From positions 3,288 through 67,287 of the forward strand of contig LDYB01000007.1 of assembly GCA_001442985.1 (NCBI GenBank): a stretch of DNA of 64,000 nucleotides, in the 5' to 3' direction. The DNA is from Armatimonadetes bacterium DC (GTDB taxonomy: Bacteria; Armatimonadota; Fimbriimonadia; Fimbriimonadales; GBS-DC). Below are positions 1 through 10,541 of this stretch, in pieces. Position 1 is the first letter of the stretch. The number at the start of each line of letters is the position of its first letter. The notes beneath the pieces are model-generated. The model saw only the letters and a list, made by a program, of their open reading frames with translations, searched no databases and was not told the origin of the DNA. Position numbers and translations under genes: made by a program.

Positions 1-18
1 TGCCGCCGCAATAGCGCG

Positions 19-792
19 ATGAGCCTCGATACGAACTGGTTCTGGAGCGTGCTGGTGGTGTTTGCACGGGCGTCGGGGCTGGTGGCGCTGGCGCCCGTGT
101 TTGGCAGTCGCACCGTGCCTGTGCCGGTGCGGGTCGGGCTATCGGGGATGCTGGCGCTGGGGCTGGCGCCTGTGGTGCAGCCTGCAATAGGCGCGCCGCC
201 GGGCGACTGGCTGCCGCTGATCACGCGCCTGCTGGGCGAAGTGGTGATGGGAATCGTGCTGGGGTATGGGGTCAACCTGCTGATGGGCGCGGCGGTGATG
301 GCGGGCGAGCTGCTGGATCAGATGATGGGCTTCAGCATGATGCAACTGCTGAACCCGCTGAGTACCTTCCCGACCAGTTTGCTGGCGCAGTTTCACTATC
401 TGCTGGCGCTCACGCTGTTCGCGCTGGTGGACGGGCATCACCTGTTGCTGATGGCGCTGGCACGCAGCTTTGAGGTGAGCGGGGACTTTACTTCGTTTCA
501 ATCGCTGGCGGAGGGGGGGCTTGCGCTCGCAATCGGGCTTGGCACGCAGGTACTCTGGCTCTGTCTGCAAATTGCCGCCCCTGCGGCGGGAGTGCTGTTT
601 GTGGTGGATTCGGCGATGGCGGCGCTTTCGCGGGCGGTGCCCCAGGTGCCCATCTGGCTGATTGGCGTGCCCGCGAAGATTGCGGTTGGCGTTGTGGCGC
701 TCGCGCTCAGCCTGCCCGCTATGACAGGCATCACGATGCGCCTGACAGACCTGTGCCTGCGCTATCTGGAGCAGGTGATGCGGTGGTGGTGA
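19..792 (+). CDS. fliR: Flagellar biosynthesis protein FliR
   Basis: Hydrophobic protein; 'VFARASGLVALAPVFG..VPVPVRV', 'AGELLDQMMGFSM', 'DGHHLL', 'SRAVPQ' match FliR. Confidence 0.92.
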   Translation: MSLDTNWFWSVLVVFARASGLVALAPVFGSRTVPVPVRVGLSGMLALGLAPVVQPAIGAPPGDWLPLITRLLGEVVMGIVLGYGVNLLMGAAVMAGELLDQMMGFSMMQLLNPLSTFPTSLLAQFHYLLALTLFALVDGHHLLLMALARSFEVSGDFTSFQSLAEGGLALAIGLGTQVLWLCLQIAAPAAGVLFVVDSAMAALSRAVPQVPIWLIGVPAKIAVGVVALALSLPAMTGITMRLTDLCLRYLEQVMRWW

Positions 793-829
793 GCAGGAAA
801 ACCTCGCAAAATTGCGGAATCTGAGCTCT

Positions 830-1309
830 ATGTACGAGATTGCGCAGGTCTGGCATTTCACGCGCAGGCGGCTGGAGCAGGCACTGGAAGGGCTGGACGA
901 TTCGAAACTCAATTTTCGCCTGATGCCCCACCTGCACACGATTGCGGAGTACCTTTACCATGTGGCAGGCGTGGAGTTCTACTGGGTGCATCATCTGGGC
1001 GGATACGCGCCCCAGAGCGAGTTTGAGTCGTGCCTGTTGCGGTGCGCCACCGATTCGTTTTTGAACACCGCGCCGTTCCCGTTTCCGCAGAGCGCGTGTA
1101 CCTGCGAAGGCACGCGGCAGGCGCTTCAGTTCACTTTTGAGCGATTCCGACCCCTGATAGAGAACCCCAGCGCTGAGCTGTTAGCCAAGCCTGTGGTCAG
1201 CCCGATTGGCGACCCGATAGACGGACGCGAGGCGCTGATTCGCACCGCCCAGCACGCCAGCTATCATACGGGGCAAATCTGGCTTATTCGGCTGAGCCAG
1301 GGCTGGTGA
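830..1309 (+). CDS. DinB/DUF664-family metalloprotein
   Basis: 'TIAEYLYHVAGVEFYW' and C-terminal 'HASYHTGQI' His motifs; ATG at 830 preferred over TTG at 812. Confidence 0.8.
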   Translation: MYEIAQVWHFTRRRLEQALEGLDDSKLNFRLMPHLHTIAEYLYHVAGVEFYWVHHLGGYAPQSEFESCLLRCATDSFLNTAPFPFPQSACTCEGTRQALQFTFERFRPLIENPSAELLAKPVVSPIGDPIDGREALIRTAQHASYHTGQIWLIRLSQGW

Positions 1310-1332
1310 GGCGAATCGGCTATAATAAAGCC

Positions 1333-2577
1333 ATGCGTGCGATTATCTGGATTCTGGCGGGCTTTCTGTTTGTGTGCGGCTGGAGCCAGACCGCCGACTA
1401 TACGGGCTATCAGGTTCTGCGCATCACGGTGGAGCATCCCAAGCAGTTTGAGCAGATTCAGACGCTGGTGCGGGATGTATGGTCGTGTTCGCTCAAGGGG
1501 CGCACGATAGATGTGTGTGCCTCGCCCGAAGAGCGGGCAGCGCTCCAGAAAGCAGGGTTCACCTGGCAGACCCTGATAGAGGATGTGCAGGCGCTCATCG
1601 AGAGCCAGCGTTCGGACTACCAGCCGCAAGGCGATTTGTTCAGCCGCTATCTCACGCTGGACGAGGTGTACGCGGCGATGCGGACGCTGGCGGAGCAGAA
1701 CCCACGCCTGGTGCAAATGCTTCAGGTGGGCATTTCTGTGGAAGGACGCCCGATTTACGCCCTGCGGATCACACGCGATCCCCGAGGAGCGCGAGTCTAT
1801 CGCGACCGACCCCAGGTGGTGTTCAACGCCTGCCAGCACGCACGCGAGTGGATTACCGTCTCGGTGGCGCTCTATCTTGCCTATGCCCTTGTTGCCAGCT
1901 ATGGGGTAGACACCCGCGTTACGCAGTGGCTCCAGCGTACAGAAGTCTATGTGGTGCCCGTGGTGAACCCTGATGGGTATGTGTACACATGGACAACTAA
2001 CCGTCTCTGGCGCAAGAATCGGCGCTATCTGGGTACAAACAACTGGGGTCAGCCGATTTACGGCGTAGACCTCAACCGCAACTGGGGCTTCCAGTGGGGT
2101 GGTCAGGGGTCCAGCGGGCAGCGCAGCTCCGAAACCTATCGGGGACCTGCGCCTTTTTCGGAGCCTGAGACCTACACGCTGAGCCGCTGGCTACTGAGTT
2201 TGCCCACCCTGCGCGCCCATGTGGATATTCACAGCTATTCCCAGCTCATCATGTGGCCATGGGGTTATACCGATGCACTCTGCTATCATCATGCCACTTT
2301 TGAGCGCATCGGGCTGATAATGCAACAGCAGATTCAGAGCGTGCATGGGATGTTTTACGCGGCAGGACCGATTTACACCACCATCTACCCTGCCAGCGGC
2401 AATATGTGCGACTGGGTTTATGGCGTTCGGGGGGCGCTGTCGTTTGGGTATGAGCTGCGCGACACAGGACAGTACGGCTTTTTGCTCCCACCTGACCAGA
2501 TTCTGCCCAACAGCGAGGAGTTTTACCCTGCCGCGCTGACCCTGATTGAATGGATGACCACGCGCCGGTGGGATTAA
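1333..2577 (+). CDS. Secreted M14 zinc carboxypeptidase (CPT-like)
   Basis: Signal peptide; 'HAREW', 'NPDG', 'WRKNR', 'GVDLNRN', 'DIHSYSQ', 'YELRD' motifs; TATAAT at 1321-1326 lies 6 nt before ATG 1333. Confidence 0.92.
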   Translation: MRAIIWILAGFLFVCGWSQTADYTGYQVLRITVEHPKQFEQIQTLVRDVWSCSLKGRTIDVCASPEERAALQKAGFTWQTLIEDVQALIESQRSDYQPQGDLFSRYLTLDEVYAAMRTLAEQNPRLVQMLQVGISVEGRPIYALRITRDPRGARVYRDRPQVVFNACQHAREWITVSVALYLAYALVASYGVDTRVTQWLQRTEVYVVPVVNPDGYVYTWTTNRLWRKNRRYLGTNNWGQPIYGVDLNRNWGFQWGGQGSSGQRSSETYRGPAPFSEPETYTLSRWLLSLPTLRAHVDIHSYSQLIMWPWGYTDALCYHHATFERIGLIMQQQIQSVHGMFYAAGPIYTTIYPASGNMCDWVYGVRGALSFGYELRDTGQYGFLLPPDQILPNSEEFYPAALTLIEWMTTRRWD

Positions 2578-2641
2578 ATCGGGTACAATCCATGCGCCCG
2601 CACTGGCGCGGAGCCTTTAAACCCACTCTAAGGAGGTTCCA

Positions 2642-3655
2642 GTGAGTACCAGAACAAACCGAACCAAAAAAACGGCGCACATACCCGATGCAGAGCGGGC
2701 GGAACTGATAGAACTCTACCGCCAGATGCTGCTGATACGCCGATTTGAAGAGCATTGCGACAAAGCCTATCGTCAGGACAAAATTGGAGGCTACCTGCAC
2801 CTTTATATTGGTGAAGAGGCGCTCGCTGTCGGATTTATTTCGCAACTGAACCCTGACGACCGCGTGCTGGGGCATTACCGCGACCACGGCTATGTGCTGG
2901 CGCTGGGCAGCGACCCCAAAGCGGTGATGGCAGAGCTGTACGGCAAGGTCACGGGCTTGTGCCGGGGCAAGGGCGGCTCGATGCACCTGTACGATAAGGA
3001 AAAGAACTTTCTGGGCGGCTATGCGATTGTGGGCGATGTGATTGGAATCGCCACGGGCGTCGCCTTCGCGGCGAAGTATGAGGGGAGCGACCGCATCGTG
3101 CTGTGCTTCTTCGGCGACGGCGCGATGAATGCAGGGCTGCTGCACGAATCGCTCAACATGGCGGGGCTGTGGAAACTGCCCGTGATTTATATCGTAGAGA
3201 ACAACAAATACGCGATGGGCACGCCTGTGGAGCTGCACTCCGCCGTCACGAACCTCGCCAAGCGCGCCTCCGTGTATGGCTTCCCCAGCGAGACCATCGA
3301 TGCGATGGATGTGCTGGAGGTGCGCAAACACGCGCGGCGCATTATTGACCATGTGCGCACCCACAAAGAGCCTTACTTCGTGGAGGCGATAACCTACCGT
3401 TTTGTGGGGCACGGCGCGGCGGACATCACCGACCCCGGTTCGTATCGCACGCGCGAGGAAGTCGAAGAGTGGCGCAAGCGCGACCCCATCCCCACACTGG
3501 CGAAATATCTGCTGGAAAACGGCATCGCCACGCAGGACGAGCTGGACGCGATAGACCGCGAGGTGCGTGCCGTTGTGGAAGAGGCGGCGCGCTTCGCCGA
3601 CGAAAGCCCCGACCCGCCCCTGGACGAACTCTGGGAGCATGTGTTTGTGGATTGA
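2642..3655 (+). CDS. pdhA: Pyruvate dehydrogenase E1 alpha subunit
   Basis: 'IGGYLHLYIGEEA', 'YRDHG', 'GKGGSMH', TPP motif 'GDGA', 'TYRFVGH'; RBS AAGGAGG. Confidence 0.92.
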   Translation: MSTRTNRTKKTAHIPDAERAELIELYRQMLLIRRFEEHCDKAYRQDKIGGYLHLYIGEEALAVGFISQLNPDDRVLGHYRDHGYVLALGSDPKAVMAELYGKVTGLCRGKGGSMHLYDKEKNFLGGYAIVGDVIGIATGVAFAAKYEGSDRIVLCFFGDGAMNAGLLHESLNMAGLWKLPVIYIVENNKYAMGTPVELHSAVTNLAKRASVYGFPSETIDAMDVLEVRKHARRIIDHVRTHKEPYFVEAITYRFVGHGAADITDPGSYRTREEVEEWRKRDPIPTLAKYLLENGIATQDELDAIDREVRAVVEEAARFADESPDPPLDELWEHVFVD

Positions 3656-3661
3656 GGTGCG

Positions 3662-4663
3662 ATGAGCGGTTATCATGTCGCAATTGTAGGGGCGACAGGG
3701 GCAGTTGGCACGGAACTGTTGCGCCTGCTGGAGGCGCGGCGGTTTCCCGTGCGCCAGCTGACCCTGCTGGCGTCGGAGCGTTCCGCAGGGAAACGCCTGA
3801 CCTTTGCGGGCGAGTCGGTTCCCGTACAGGCGCTCGCAGCGGAGGCGTTTCGGGGCGTGGAGATTGCTTTCTTTTCGGCGGGCGCGTCGCGCAGTCGTGC
3901 GTTCGCGCCAATCGCGGTGCAGGCGGGCGTGCTTGTGATTGACAACTCCTCCGCCTTTCGGATGGAGCCGGATGTGCCGCTGGTGATCCCCGAAATCAAT
4001 TCTGAGGCGTTGCGCCAGCATCGCGGGATTATTGCCAACCCCAACTGCTCCACGATTATTATGCTGATGGCGCTGGAGCCGCTGCGCCGCCTCTCGCCCA
4101 TCCGACGGATTGTGGTGTCCACCTATCAATCTGCCAGTGGGGCAGGGGCGCAGGCGATGCAGGAATTGCTGGACTCTACCCGCGCGTTTCTGCAGGGCGA
4201 GCCGTTCACACCCCAGGTGTTGCCACACCCCTATGCGTTCAACCTCTTCTCGCATAACTCACCGATTGGCGAGGATGGCTATAACGAGGAAGAGCGCAAG
4301 ATGATTCTGGAGACGCGCAAAATCTGGGGCGACCCCACGATTCAGGTGATGCCCACCTGCGTGCGGGTGCCTGTGTTGCGGGCGCATAGCGAGAGTATCG
4401 TGGTGGAACTGGCAGAGCGCCCCTCGCTGGAGCAGATTTACGCGGCGTATCGCGACTTTCCGGGCGTGCGGCTGGTGGACGACCGCGAGCGCAACCATTT
4501 CCCGATGCCGCTTGAGGCGTCGGGGCGCGACGAGGTGCTGGTGGGACGCATCCGCTACGATGTGAGCGCCCCGAATGGCGTTGCCCTGTTTGCCTGTGGC
4601 GACCAGCTGCTCAAGGGCGCCGCGCTAAACGCCCTCCAGATTGCCGAATTGCTGACCCGATAG
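3662..4663 (+). CDS. asd: Aspartate-semialdehyde dehydrogenase
   Basis: 'VGATGAVG', 'DNSSAFRM', 'ANPNCST', '[13 protein letters not shown]', 'KGAALNA'. Confidence 0.96.
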   Translation: MSGYHVAIVGATGAVGTELLRLLEARRFPVRQLTLLASERSAGKRLTFAGESVPVQALAAEAFRGVEIAFFSAGASRSRAFAPIAVQAGVLVIDNSSAFRMEPDVPLVIPEINSEALRQHRGIIANPNCSTIIMLMALEPLRRLSPIRRIVVSTYQSASGAGAQAMQELLDSTRAFLQGEPFTPQVLPHPYAFNLFSHNSPIGEDGYNEEERKMILETRKIWGDPTIQVMPTCVRVPVLRAHSESIVVELAERPSLEQIYAAYRDFPGVRLVDDRERNHFPMPLEASGRDEVLVGRIRYDVSAPNGVALFACGDQLLKGAALNALQIAELLTR

Positions 4664-4677
4664 GCTATAATATGCCT

Positions 4678-5436
4678 ATGCGACACCGAAAAGGTTTCAC
4701 CCTGATCGAGCTGCTGGTGGTGATAGCGATTATCGCCATTCTGGCGGCGATCCTGTTTCCCGTTTTTGCACAGGCGCGCGAGCGCGCCCGGATGGTGGCG
4801 TGTGCCTCCAACGCACGCCAGCTCGCGATTGCGGTAATGACCTATGTGCAAGACTTTGAGGAGGCGTTTCCGCCTTCCACAAACTACGCCGTGCCCACCA
4901 ATGTGCCCGAACGCATCTGGACGCGCCTCATTCAGCCGTATGTGAAGGACACAAACATCTTCACCTGTCCCAGTGCGTCGCGTACTGGGTTCCCGACGGA
5001 CTGGTCTACGCGCGGGGTCGGCTCCATCGGCTACACCGCTGCCACTGCTTACGATCCGCTGCAGTTAGAGGGCTTCGCCACGCCTGTAACCCTGCCTCAA
5101 ATGGACGAACCTGCCCGCACGCCCCTGTTCGGCGACACCGCCAGCGGTCCCACCAGCGAAAAATATCGGGGCTATGTGTTTGACCCTTATGTGGGTCAGC
5201 CCAATCCGATAGACCCCCGATTGGGCACGCCGCTGGTGGCAGATCGCGACCTTGTGCGGGAGCTCAATCACCTGCCGCCTTCCCAGCTGAAGCCACTCTA
5301 TGCACGCCATCACGCAACTGGCGACAACAGGGGATTGGCGATGCTCATCTTTGGGGACGGGCATGTGAAGCCCTACTCGGCAGCGTCAATCCTGGCACAG
5401 GAGCGCGGCGCCAACCTGCTGTGGCGGTTTCGGTAA
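4678..5436 (+). CDS. Prepilin-type N-methylation / DUF1559-like (H-X9-DG) protein
   Basis: '[37 protein letters not shown]', C-terminal 'RHH...FGDGHVK'; start 4672 or 4678. Confidence 0.9.
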   Translation: MRHRKGFTLIELLVVIAIIAILAAILFPVFAQARERARMVACASNARQLAIAVMTYVQDFEEAFPPSTNYAVPTNVPERIWTRLIQPYVKDTNIFTCPSASRTGFPTDWSTRGVGSIGYTAATAYDPLQLEGFATPVTLPQMDEPARTPLFGDTASGPTSEKYRGYVFDPYVGQPNPIDPRLGTPLVADRDLVRELNHLPPSQLKPLYARHHATGDNRGLAMLIFGDGHVKPYSAASILAQERGANLLWRFR

Positions 5437-5443
5437 AACAGAC

Positions 5444-5465
5444 GCCCTCCCGAAAAAGGGAGGGC
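5444..5465. terminator. Hairpin between convergent genes (likely bidirectional terminator)
   Basis: GCCCTCCC-gaaaaa-GGGAGGGC perfect 8-bp stem. Confidence 0.65.
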
Positions 5466-5472
5466 TTGACTC

Positions 5473-6705
5473 TTATGGAACGAAGCTCTGACTGCGAACA
5501 GCAAAGCGAACCTGCCCGCTGGCGCTGATGGGGCGCCCCGCAAAGTAGTCGAGGATGACGCTCGCAGGCGCCGTGGAGACCAGCACAGTACATTCGCCAT
5601 CTACCTGGGTGCTCCGTGCAAGGCTCCAACTACTGTTCCAGCCTGAGAGGCTTGTCAGGTCGGGCGTGGTGTAGGTGGTGTCCGTTCCCAGCCATGCCCT
5701 GGTGAACAGCACGCTCCAGCGCAGGTTGCCCTGAGAGAGGCGTAGTATATAGGCGCGTGGTGTTTCGGCGTAGTCCAGACCCGCTACCGTTACGGTAACC
5801 GCGCCCGTGCTGCTCGATGTGAAGGAAGCAGCGGTGTAAGGTGGGGGTAGGGTCAAGTCCACACTATTCCCAAAACTCGCCTGCACCAGCACAACGCCCC
5901 GATCTGTACCGATGGCGTTAAGACGGAACAGCGTGCCCGCAGGCGCCACACCCGATGGAAAGATGGGGTAGCGCATCAGCGTTCCGTTGCCCACAATCGT
6001 ACCGACCCCAATCAGTGTGGAGCGTGTACCGGAAACATAGAAGAACTGCCCTGCCACCTGCTCGGTCATGTCGGCGCCACTGACGGTGGCGGTGCCTGCA
6101 GTGATGTCCACCACGCGGCGCAAAGTCTCGTCGCTCGCGCTGAAGTCCACTGTGTAGGTTCTGTCTTGCGTGAAGCTCTGGTTCGGGTGGAACCACAGGC
6201 GGTTGGGCACACCGCCGCTGCTTCGGACGGAAATCACATCGTAACTGCCGGCAGGAACCGGTTTGGTCTGGCTGTTTACGAAGGGGACCTCTCCGATTCC
6301 CGTAAGGGCGCTGCCGCCGTTCAAACCGCTGACATTAACGCTGACATTCACTTCCGCGGGTGGGGTCGCGGGACCGCAGGTCGCCGAAAGGCTGGGGGTT
6401 TCGGCGCGGGTGGTGTGAACCACATAAACTGTTGTTTTATCTCCGGGGCAGACCCAGGCGACAGAATAGCGCCCTGCGGCGTCGTTCACAGGTACTGAGC
6501 CGCTGGTGGAGGAAAGCGTCTGCCATGTGCCCTCTTTCCCATCCTGAAACGCGACCCACTGGGCGCCCGTGAGGGTGAGGGACACCGTGTTGCCCGCGCC
6601 GCCTCCGTTTCCGCCGCCTCCGCCGCCCCCACAACCTGCAAGCGTCAACGAGGCGACAATTAGCAGGCTTATTCCAGGTACGCTCCATGCGTTGCGGTTT
6701 CTCAT
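5473..6705 (-). CDS. Lipoprotein with Gly-rich linker, unknown function
   Basis: RBS AGGAGG; signal peptide with lipobox LAGC followed by poly-Gly; beta-rich body. Confidence 0.75.
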   Translation of the reverse strand: MRNRNAWSVPGISLLIVASLTLAGCGGGGGGGNGGGAGNTVSLTLTGAQWVAFQDGKEGTWQTLSSTSGSVPVNDAAGRYSVAWVCPGDKTTVYVVHTTRAETPSLSATCGPATPPAEVNVSVNVSGLNGGSALTGIGEVPFVNSQTKPVPAGSYDVISVRSSGGVPNRLWFHPNQSFTQDRTYTVDFSASDETLRRVVDITAGTATVSGADMTEQVAGQFFYVSGTRSTLIGVGTIVGNGTLMRYPIFPSGVAPAGTLFRLNAIGTDRGVVLVQASFGNSVDLTLPPPYTAASFTSSSTGAVTVTVAGLDYAETPRAYILRLSQGNLRWSVLFTRAWLGTDTTYTTPDLTSLSGWNSSWSLARSTQVDGECTVLVSTAPASVILDYFAGRPISASGQVRFAVRSQSFVP

Positions 6706-6756
6706 CCTATAACCTCCTGCCTTTATAGTACCCCACATTAGACGCCCTGCAGCGCC

Positions 6757-7542
6757 CTAAGTTCCTGAACCTGTAAACCATTTCAGGTAGAGACGCACGA
6801 TGGTGTAGAGCATCACGCCAGCGAAGAGCAGGCGTAGTGCGCTGGCGGGCATATGCTTCGCGAGGCGCACGCCTGCACGCGCGCCCAGCAGAATCCCCAG
6901 CACGGCGGGCACCACAATATCGGGCAGCAACTTGCCCTGCACGAGGTAGAGCAGGGCACTGACGGAGGCGGTCGCGCCAATCAGGAAGGTGCTGGTGCCG
7001 ATGGCGCATCGCAGGGGCGCTTTGAGAATCGTGTGGATCAGGGGCACCTGAATCAGCCCGCCGCCGACGCCCAGCATCGCCGAGATAATCCCGCCCAGCA
7101 TAGAAAGCCCTGCCGCGAGCGTGCGCTGGTTCGGGTTCCACTGAGTACGACACGGGGTGCTGGGCGCCTCCACCGGAGCAGGGTGGCGTGCTGCCCAGAG
7201 CATCTGCCCCAGCACATAGAGGATGAGCAGGATGAATAGCCCTGCAATCCATTTCGCGGGGATAACCCCTGCCAGCAGACCGCCTGCAATCGCGCCCAGA
7301 ATAGTGGGAATCAGCAAGCGCACTGCCAGGCGCCAGTCTACCAGCCCTGCCTGCAGGTAAGCGGGCGCGCCTGCACACGAGGTGGCTGCCACCGCCACCA
7401 GACTCGCCGCCACCGCCTGCTTGATAGGCACATCCATCAGCAGGGTCAGGGCAGGCACGAGAATAATGCCGCCGCCCAGCCCCAGCATCGCACCAAATGC
7501 GCCTGCCCCCAGCGCAATCGGAAAAATCCAGAGGGTACTCAT
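6757..7542 (-). CDS. TauE/SafE-family membrane transporter
   Basis: Duplicated 'GxGGGxIxVP' motifs and multiple TM segments. Confidence 0.88.
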   Translation of the reverse strand: MSTLWIFPIALGAGAFGAMLGLGGGIILVPALTLLMDVPIKQAVAASLVAVAATSCAGAPAYLQAGLVDWRLAVRLLIPTILGAIAGGLLAGVIPAKWIAGLFILLILYVLGQMLWAARHPAPVEAPSTPCRTQWNPNQRTLAAGLSMLGGIISAMLGVGGGLIQVPLIHTILKAPLRCAIGTSTFLIGATASVSALLYLVQGKLLPDIVVPAVLGILLGARAGVRLAKHMPASALRLLFAGVMLYTIVRLYLKWFTGSGT

Positions 7543-8696
7543 CCTGAAGAGCGCATATTGCGGGGTAGTCGCTCGTTCACGGGCGGGAGCGGCGGAAACG
7601 GCTTGTGCGGCTCCGTCTGATACCAGTACGCCACGCTTGAATAGTCGTTCTCCTGCAGATTCGCGTGCCCATGCTCAATACTCACGCGGATAGAACGGCT
7701 GAACAGAATCGGGTCTTCAATATGAAAACGGTACGAGGTACACTGGTGGCGGTCGGGGAATTTGGGGTCATGCTCAGGAATGGAGGCGCCCGCATAGAGG
7801 TAGGCTCGCGGGTGCATCCCCCACGCCTGCGAGAGGTAGTCTTCGGAGCCTGTGCCGTGCAGGGAGGGCGGCCACGGCTCGCCGTCGATGAAAATCATGT
7901 CATCGCCCTCGCCCCACCATGTGTATTCCTTGATGATCTGCTCGTGGCTGCCCAGCTTGCGAATCACGGGCAGGGGGTCAATGTTGTCCACCGAAAGCAC
8001 ACATCCCACATAGTGCCCTGCGCCTTCTGCTTCCAGAATAAGGTAGTTCTCTTCGTCGCTCAGGTTGGGGGTGTCCAGCAGCTCCCAGTAGTTGCGTCGC
8101 TGTTCAAAGAGGTTGCCCTGCGTGCCGCGCGTGGGGTACTCCTGCCGATACTGCGCGTGGAACCGCAGCACATTCTCGGGGAGCGGGTTCTCGTAGGTTT
8201 CGTAGTCGATGTAGTAGTAAAACGAGCCGATGTCCACCTCGCATTCGTTCACCACCTCAAGGCGTGCCGACTGCGAGAAGGGCATCGGGAAATAGCAGTT
8301 GAGCGCGACACCGCCGCCATAGTTGCCTTCGTTATCGGTGTGGGTCACGGTTGCCAGCGGGAGCGACATAAAGGAGCGGGCGATGCCGTGTCCCAGCCCG
8401 AAGAAGTCGCCCAGCGGACTCAACACGCTGGGTTCGGTCTCGCCGTCCCAATACATTCGGAGCACCACCTTGCGCAGGTAGAGGGGATCGCGGCAGCCGA
8501 CGGTAATCCAGATGTGTCGGATGCACCCTGCTCCCTGCAGGTCGGCGAGTGTGGCGCTCGCGCCTGCGGGGATGGTGAGAAAATCGCGGTTGCCGCCCGT
8601 GCGGTCCCAGCTGGAAACGCGCTTCGTGCGCCCTTCGCGGCGAAAAACGAGCCGTGCTAACGGACCTGCGCCCTCGTAGCCTTTGAGAATCTCCAT
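7539..8696 (-). CDS. DUF2961 / GH172 glycoside hydrolase
   Basis: 'SSWDRTGGNRD', 'GCIRHIWIT', 'PLGDFFG', 'WWGEGDD', 'GTGSEDY', 'IEHGH', 'SVAYWYQ'. Confidence 0.9.
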   Translation of the reverse strand: MEILKGYEGAGPLARLVFRREGRTKRVSSWDRTGGNRDFLTIPAGASATLADLQGAGCIRHIWITVGCRDPLYLRKVVLRMYWDGETEPSVLSPLGDFFGLGHGIARSFMSLPLATVTHTDNEGNYGGGVALNCYFPMPFSQSARLEVVNECEVDIGSFYYYIDYETYENPLPENVLRFHAQYRQEYPTRGTQGNLFEQRRNYWELLDTPNLSDEENYLILEAEGAGHYVGCVLSVDNIDPLPVIRKLGSHEQIIKEYTWWGEGDDMIFIDGEPWPPSLHGTGSEDYLSQAWGMHPRAYLYAGASIPEHDPKFPDRHQCTSYRFHIEDPILFSRSIRVSIEHGHANLQENDYSSVAYWYQTEPHKPFPPLPPVNERLPRNMRSSG

Positions 8697-8737
8697 AGTG
8701 AAAAACCTCCTGGAGCGCAATTTCTCGATGGATGAGT

Positions 8738-9361
8738 CTACTCCTGCTGTTGGAAGAGGGCACGCAGAGTCGGCATCGCCTGGCGCATCACGCGAGCGCG
8801 GTGGCTGATGCGATTTTTGAACTCGGAGGGCAGCTCGGCGAGCGTGCAGCCGAGTTCGGGCACATAGAAGATGGGGTCATAGCCGAAGCCTGCTTGCCCG
8901 CGAGGGGCGTGGGTAATACGCCCCGCGAAGGTGTCCTCAAAAGTGCAAAGGTCGCCTGCGGGTGTCGCAATCGCAATTGCGCATCGGAAGCGGGCGGTGC
9001 GGCGTTCTTCGGGCACGGCGCTCAGCATGTTCAACAAAATGCCCATCTTGACGGGGAAGGGGGTCGCTTCGCCAGCGAATCGGCGTGAGAAGCGCCCTGG
9101 TTGCCCGTTCAGCGCGTCAATTTCCAGCCCGGCGTCGTCCGCCAGCGCGATTTCGCCTGTGAACTGGGTGCACGCCCGCGCTTTGATAATCGCATTCCCC
9201 ACATAGGTATCCGCGGTTTCGTCGGGTTGCGGCGCGTTGGGATAGTCGGCGAGCAGAGCCACCTCCACACCCAGATCACGCAACCCCTGCTCCAGCAGCA
9301 TGGCAATCTCTTTAGACTTGGAGCGGTTATGGCTGGCAATCACGATGCGTTTAGCAGCCAT
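8738..9361 (-). CDS. rdgB: Non-canonical purine NTP pyrophosphatase (Ham1/RdgB)
   Basis: 'ASHNRSKSKE', 'ADDAGL', 'GFGYDPIF', 'KNRISHRAR'. Confidence 0.93.
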   Translation of the reverse strand: MAAKRIVIASHNRSKSKEIAMLLEQGLRDLGVEVALLADYPNAPQPDETADTYVGNAIIKARACTQFTGEIALADDAGLEIDALNGQPGRFSRRFAGEATPFPVKMGILLNMLSAVPEERRTARFRCAIAIATPAGDLCTFEDTFAGRITHAPRGQAGFGYDPIFYVPELGCTLAELPSEFKNRISHRARVMRQAMPTLRALFQQQE

Positions 9362-9782
9362 CTTCCTCGCTCAGCATGCGGTTGATGAGCGCTTTGACAC
9401 GCATCTCGATCATATCGCGCACGCGCCGAAACTCGTCCAGCGGTTTGCCCACGGGGTCGGGGATGTTCCACTGCTCCTTGATGCCCATATAGACTGCGGG
9501 GCAGAGGCTATCCGTATCGGCTTCGCACAGGCTCACCACAGCATCAAACTGGCTGACATCGAACTCCGCCACGCTTTTGGACGATTGGCGTGAGATATCG
9601 ATGCCCTTTTCCGCCATCACGGCAATCGCGTTCGGATGCACATAGCCTGCGGGCAGTGTGCCCGCGCTGAAGGCGACCACACGCCCTTGACCGTAATAGT
9701 TGCCAAAGCCCTCTGCCATCTGGCTCCGGCACGAGTTGCCCACACACACGAACAGAATCGTTTTCGGCGTCTTCATGTTCAA
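9351..9782 (-). CDS. arsC: ArsC / low-molecular-weight phosphatase
   Basis: 'LFVCVGNSCRSQMAEG' P-loop, 'WNIPDP', 'FRRVRD'. Confidence 0.85.
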   Translation of the reverse strand: MNMKTPKTILFVCVGNSCRSQMAEGFGNYYGQGRVVAFSAGTLPAGYVHPNAIAVMAEKGIDISRQSSKSVAEFDVSQFDAVVSLCEADTDSLCPAVYMGIKEQWNIPDPVGKPLDEFRRVRDMIEMRVKALINRMLSEEDGC

Positions 9783-10525
9783 TACCCCTTCTGCTTGTAC
9801 TCCTCAATACTCCGCTTGTAGCGTTCCTGCCCGTCGGGGCGATTGATGCTTGCCAGTACCGTGGGAGTATACCCCGCGTTGACCATGCGCTCGATAATCC
9901 CTGCGACGACTGCCCACAGCGCGACTGCCGCGCCGATTCCTGAAGCGGGGCAGAAGGGCACCTCCAGCCCCTCGATTTGCATCATGCCGTCGCCGTAGGG
10001 CGCGGCGTTGTCGATCACGAGGTCAGCAACCTCATAGAGGCGTTTGCCCGACTCATGCTCCGACTGGAGTTTCGAGGAGTAGTCCAGCGCGGTGAGGGCA
10101 ATCACGAACACGCCGCGCTCGCGCGCCTGAATTGCCAGCTCCACGGGGAAGGGGGTCTTGCCCGACACGCTGCCGATGACCAGCACATCGCCGGGCAGGA
10201 TGCGGCTCCGATCCAGCGCGGCGGACACAATTGCCCGCACGGTTTCAGGGCGCGTTTGTCCCGAAACGCCCTGCGCCTCGCGATAGGGGTTCGGGTTGTT
10301 CACCGAGAGGTCAAAGTGAAACGGGGTGAACGCCGCCAGCCCGCCCGCGCGGTTAATCAGCTCGCGCGAGACGAGGTGCCCCGTGTCGTACACATGGATG
10401 ACGCCCCCTTTCTGCAAGCACTCCGCGCAACGCTCTGCCGCCTGCTCAATCGCCTGAAGCGAACGACGCTCTAACTCCTGAATCTGCGCTCGAATCCGTT
10501 CGAAGTAGGCTTTGGGCAACTCCAT
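9779..10525 (-). CDS. SIS-domain sugar isomerase-like protein (UPF0309-like)
   Basis: 'IHVYDTGH', 'RAGGL', 'GSVSGKT', 'DLVIDN..PYGD'. Confidence 0.8.
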   Translation of the reverse strand: MELPKAYFERIRAQIQELERRSLQAIEQAAERCAECLQKGGVIHVYDTGHLVSRELINRAGGLAAFTPFHFDLSVNNPNPYREAQGVSGQTRPETVRAIVSAALDRSRILPGDVLVIGSVSGKTPFPVELAIQARERGVFVIALTALDYSSKLQSEHESGKRLYEVADLVIDNAAPYGDGMMQIEGLEVPFCPASGIGAAVALWAVVAGIIERMVNAGYTPTVLASINRPDGQERYKRSIEEYKQKGY

Positions 10526-10541
10526 AGTAGGGGAATTGTAC

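Noticed and set aside
2642-3655. pdhA without pdhB/C, and glyQ without adjacent glyS
   Set aside because: Split operons are common and the partners are probably elsewhere in the genome
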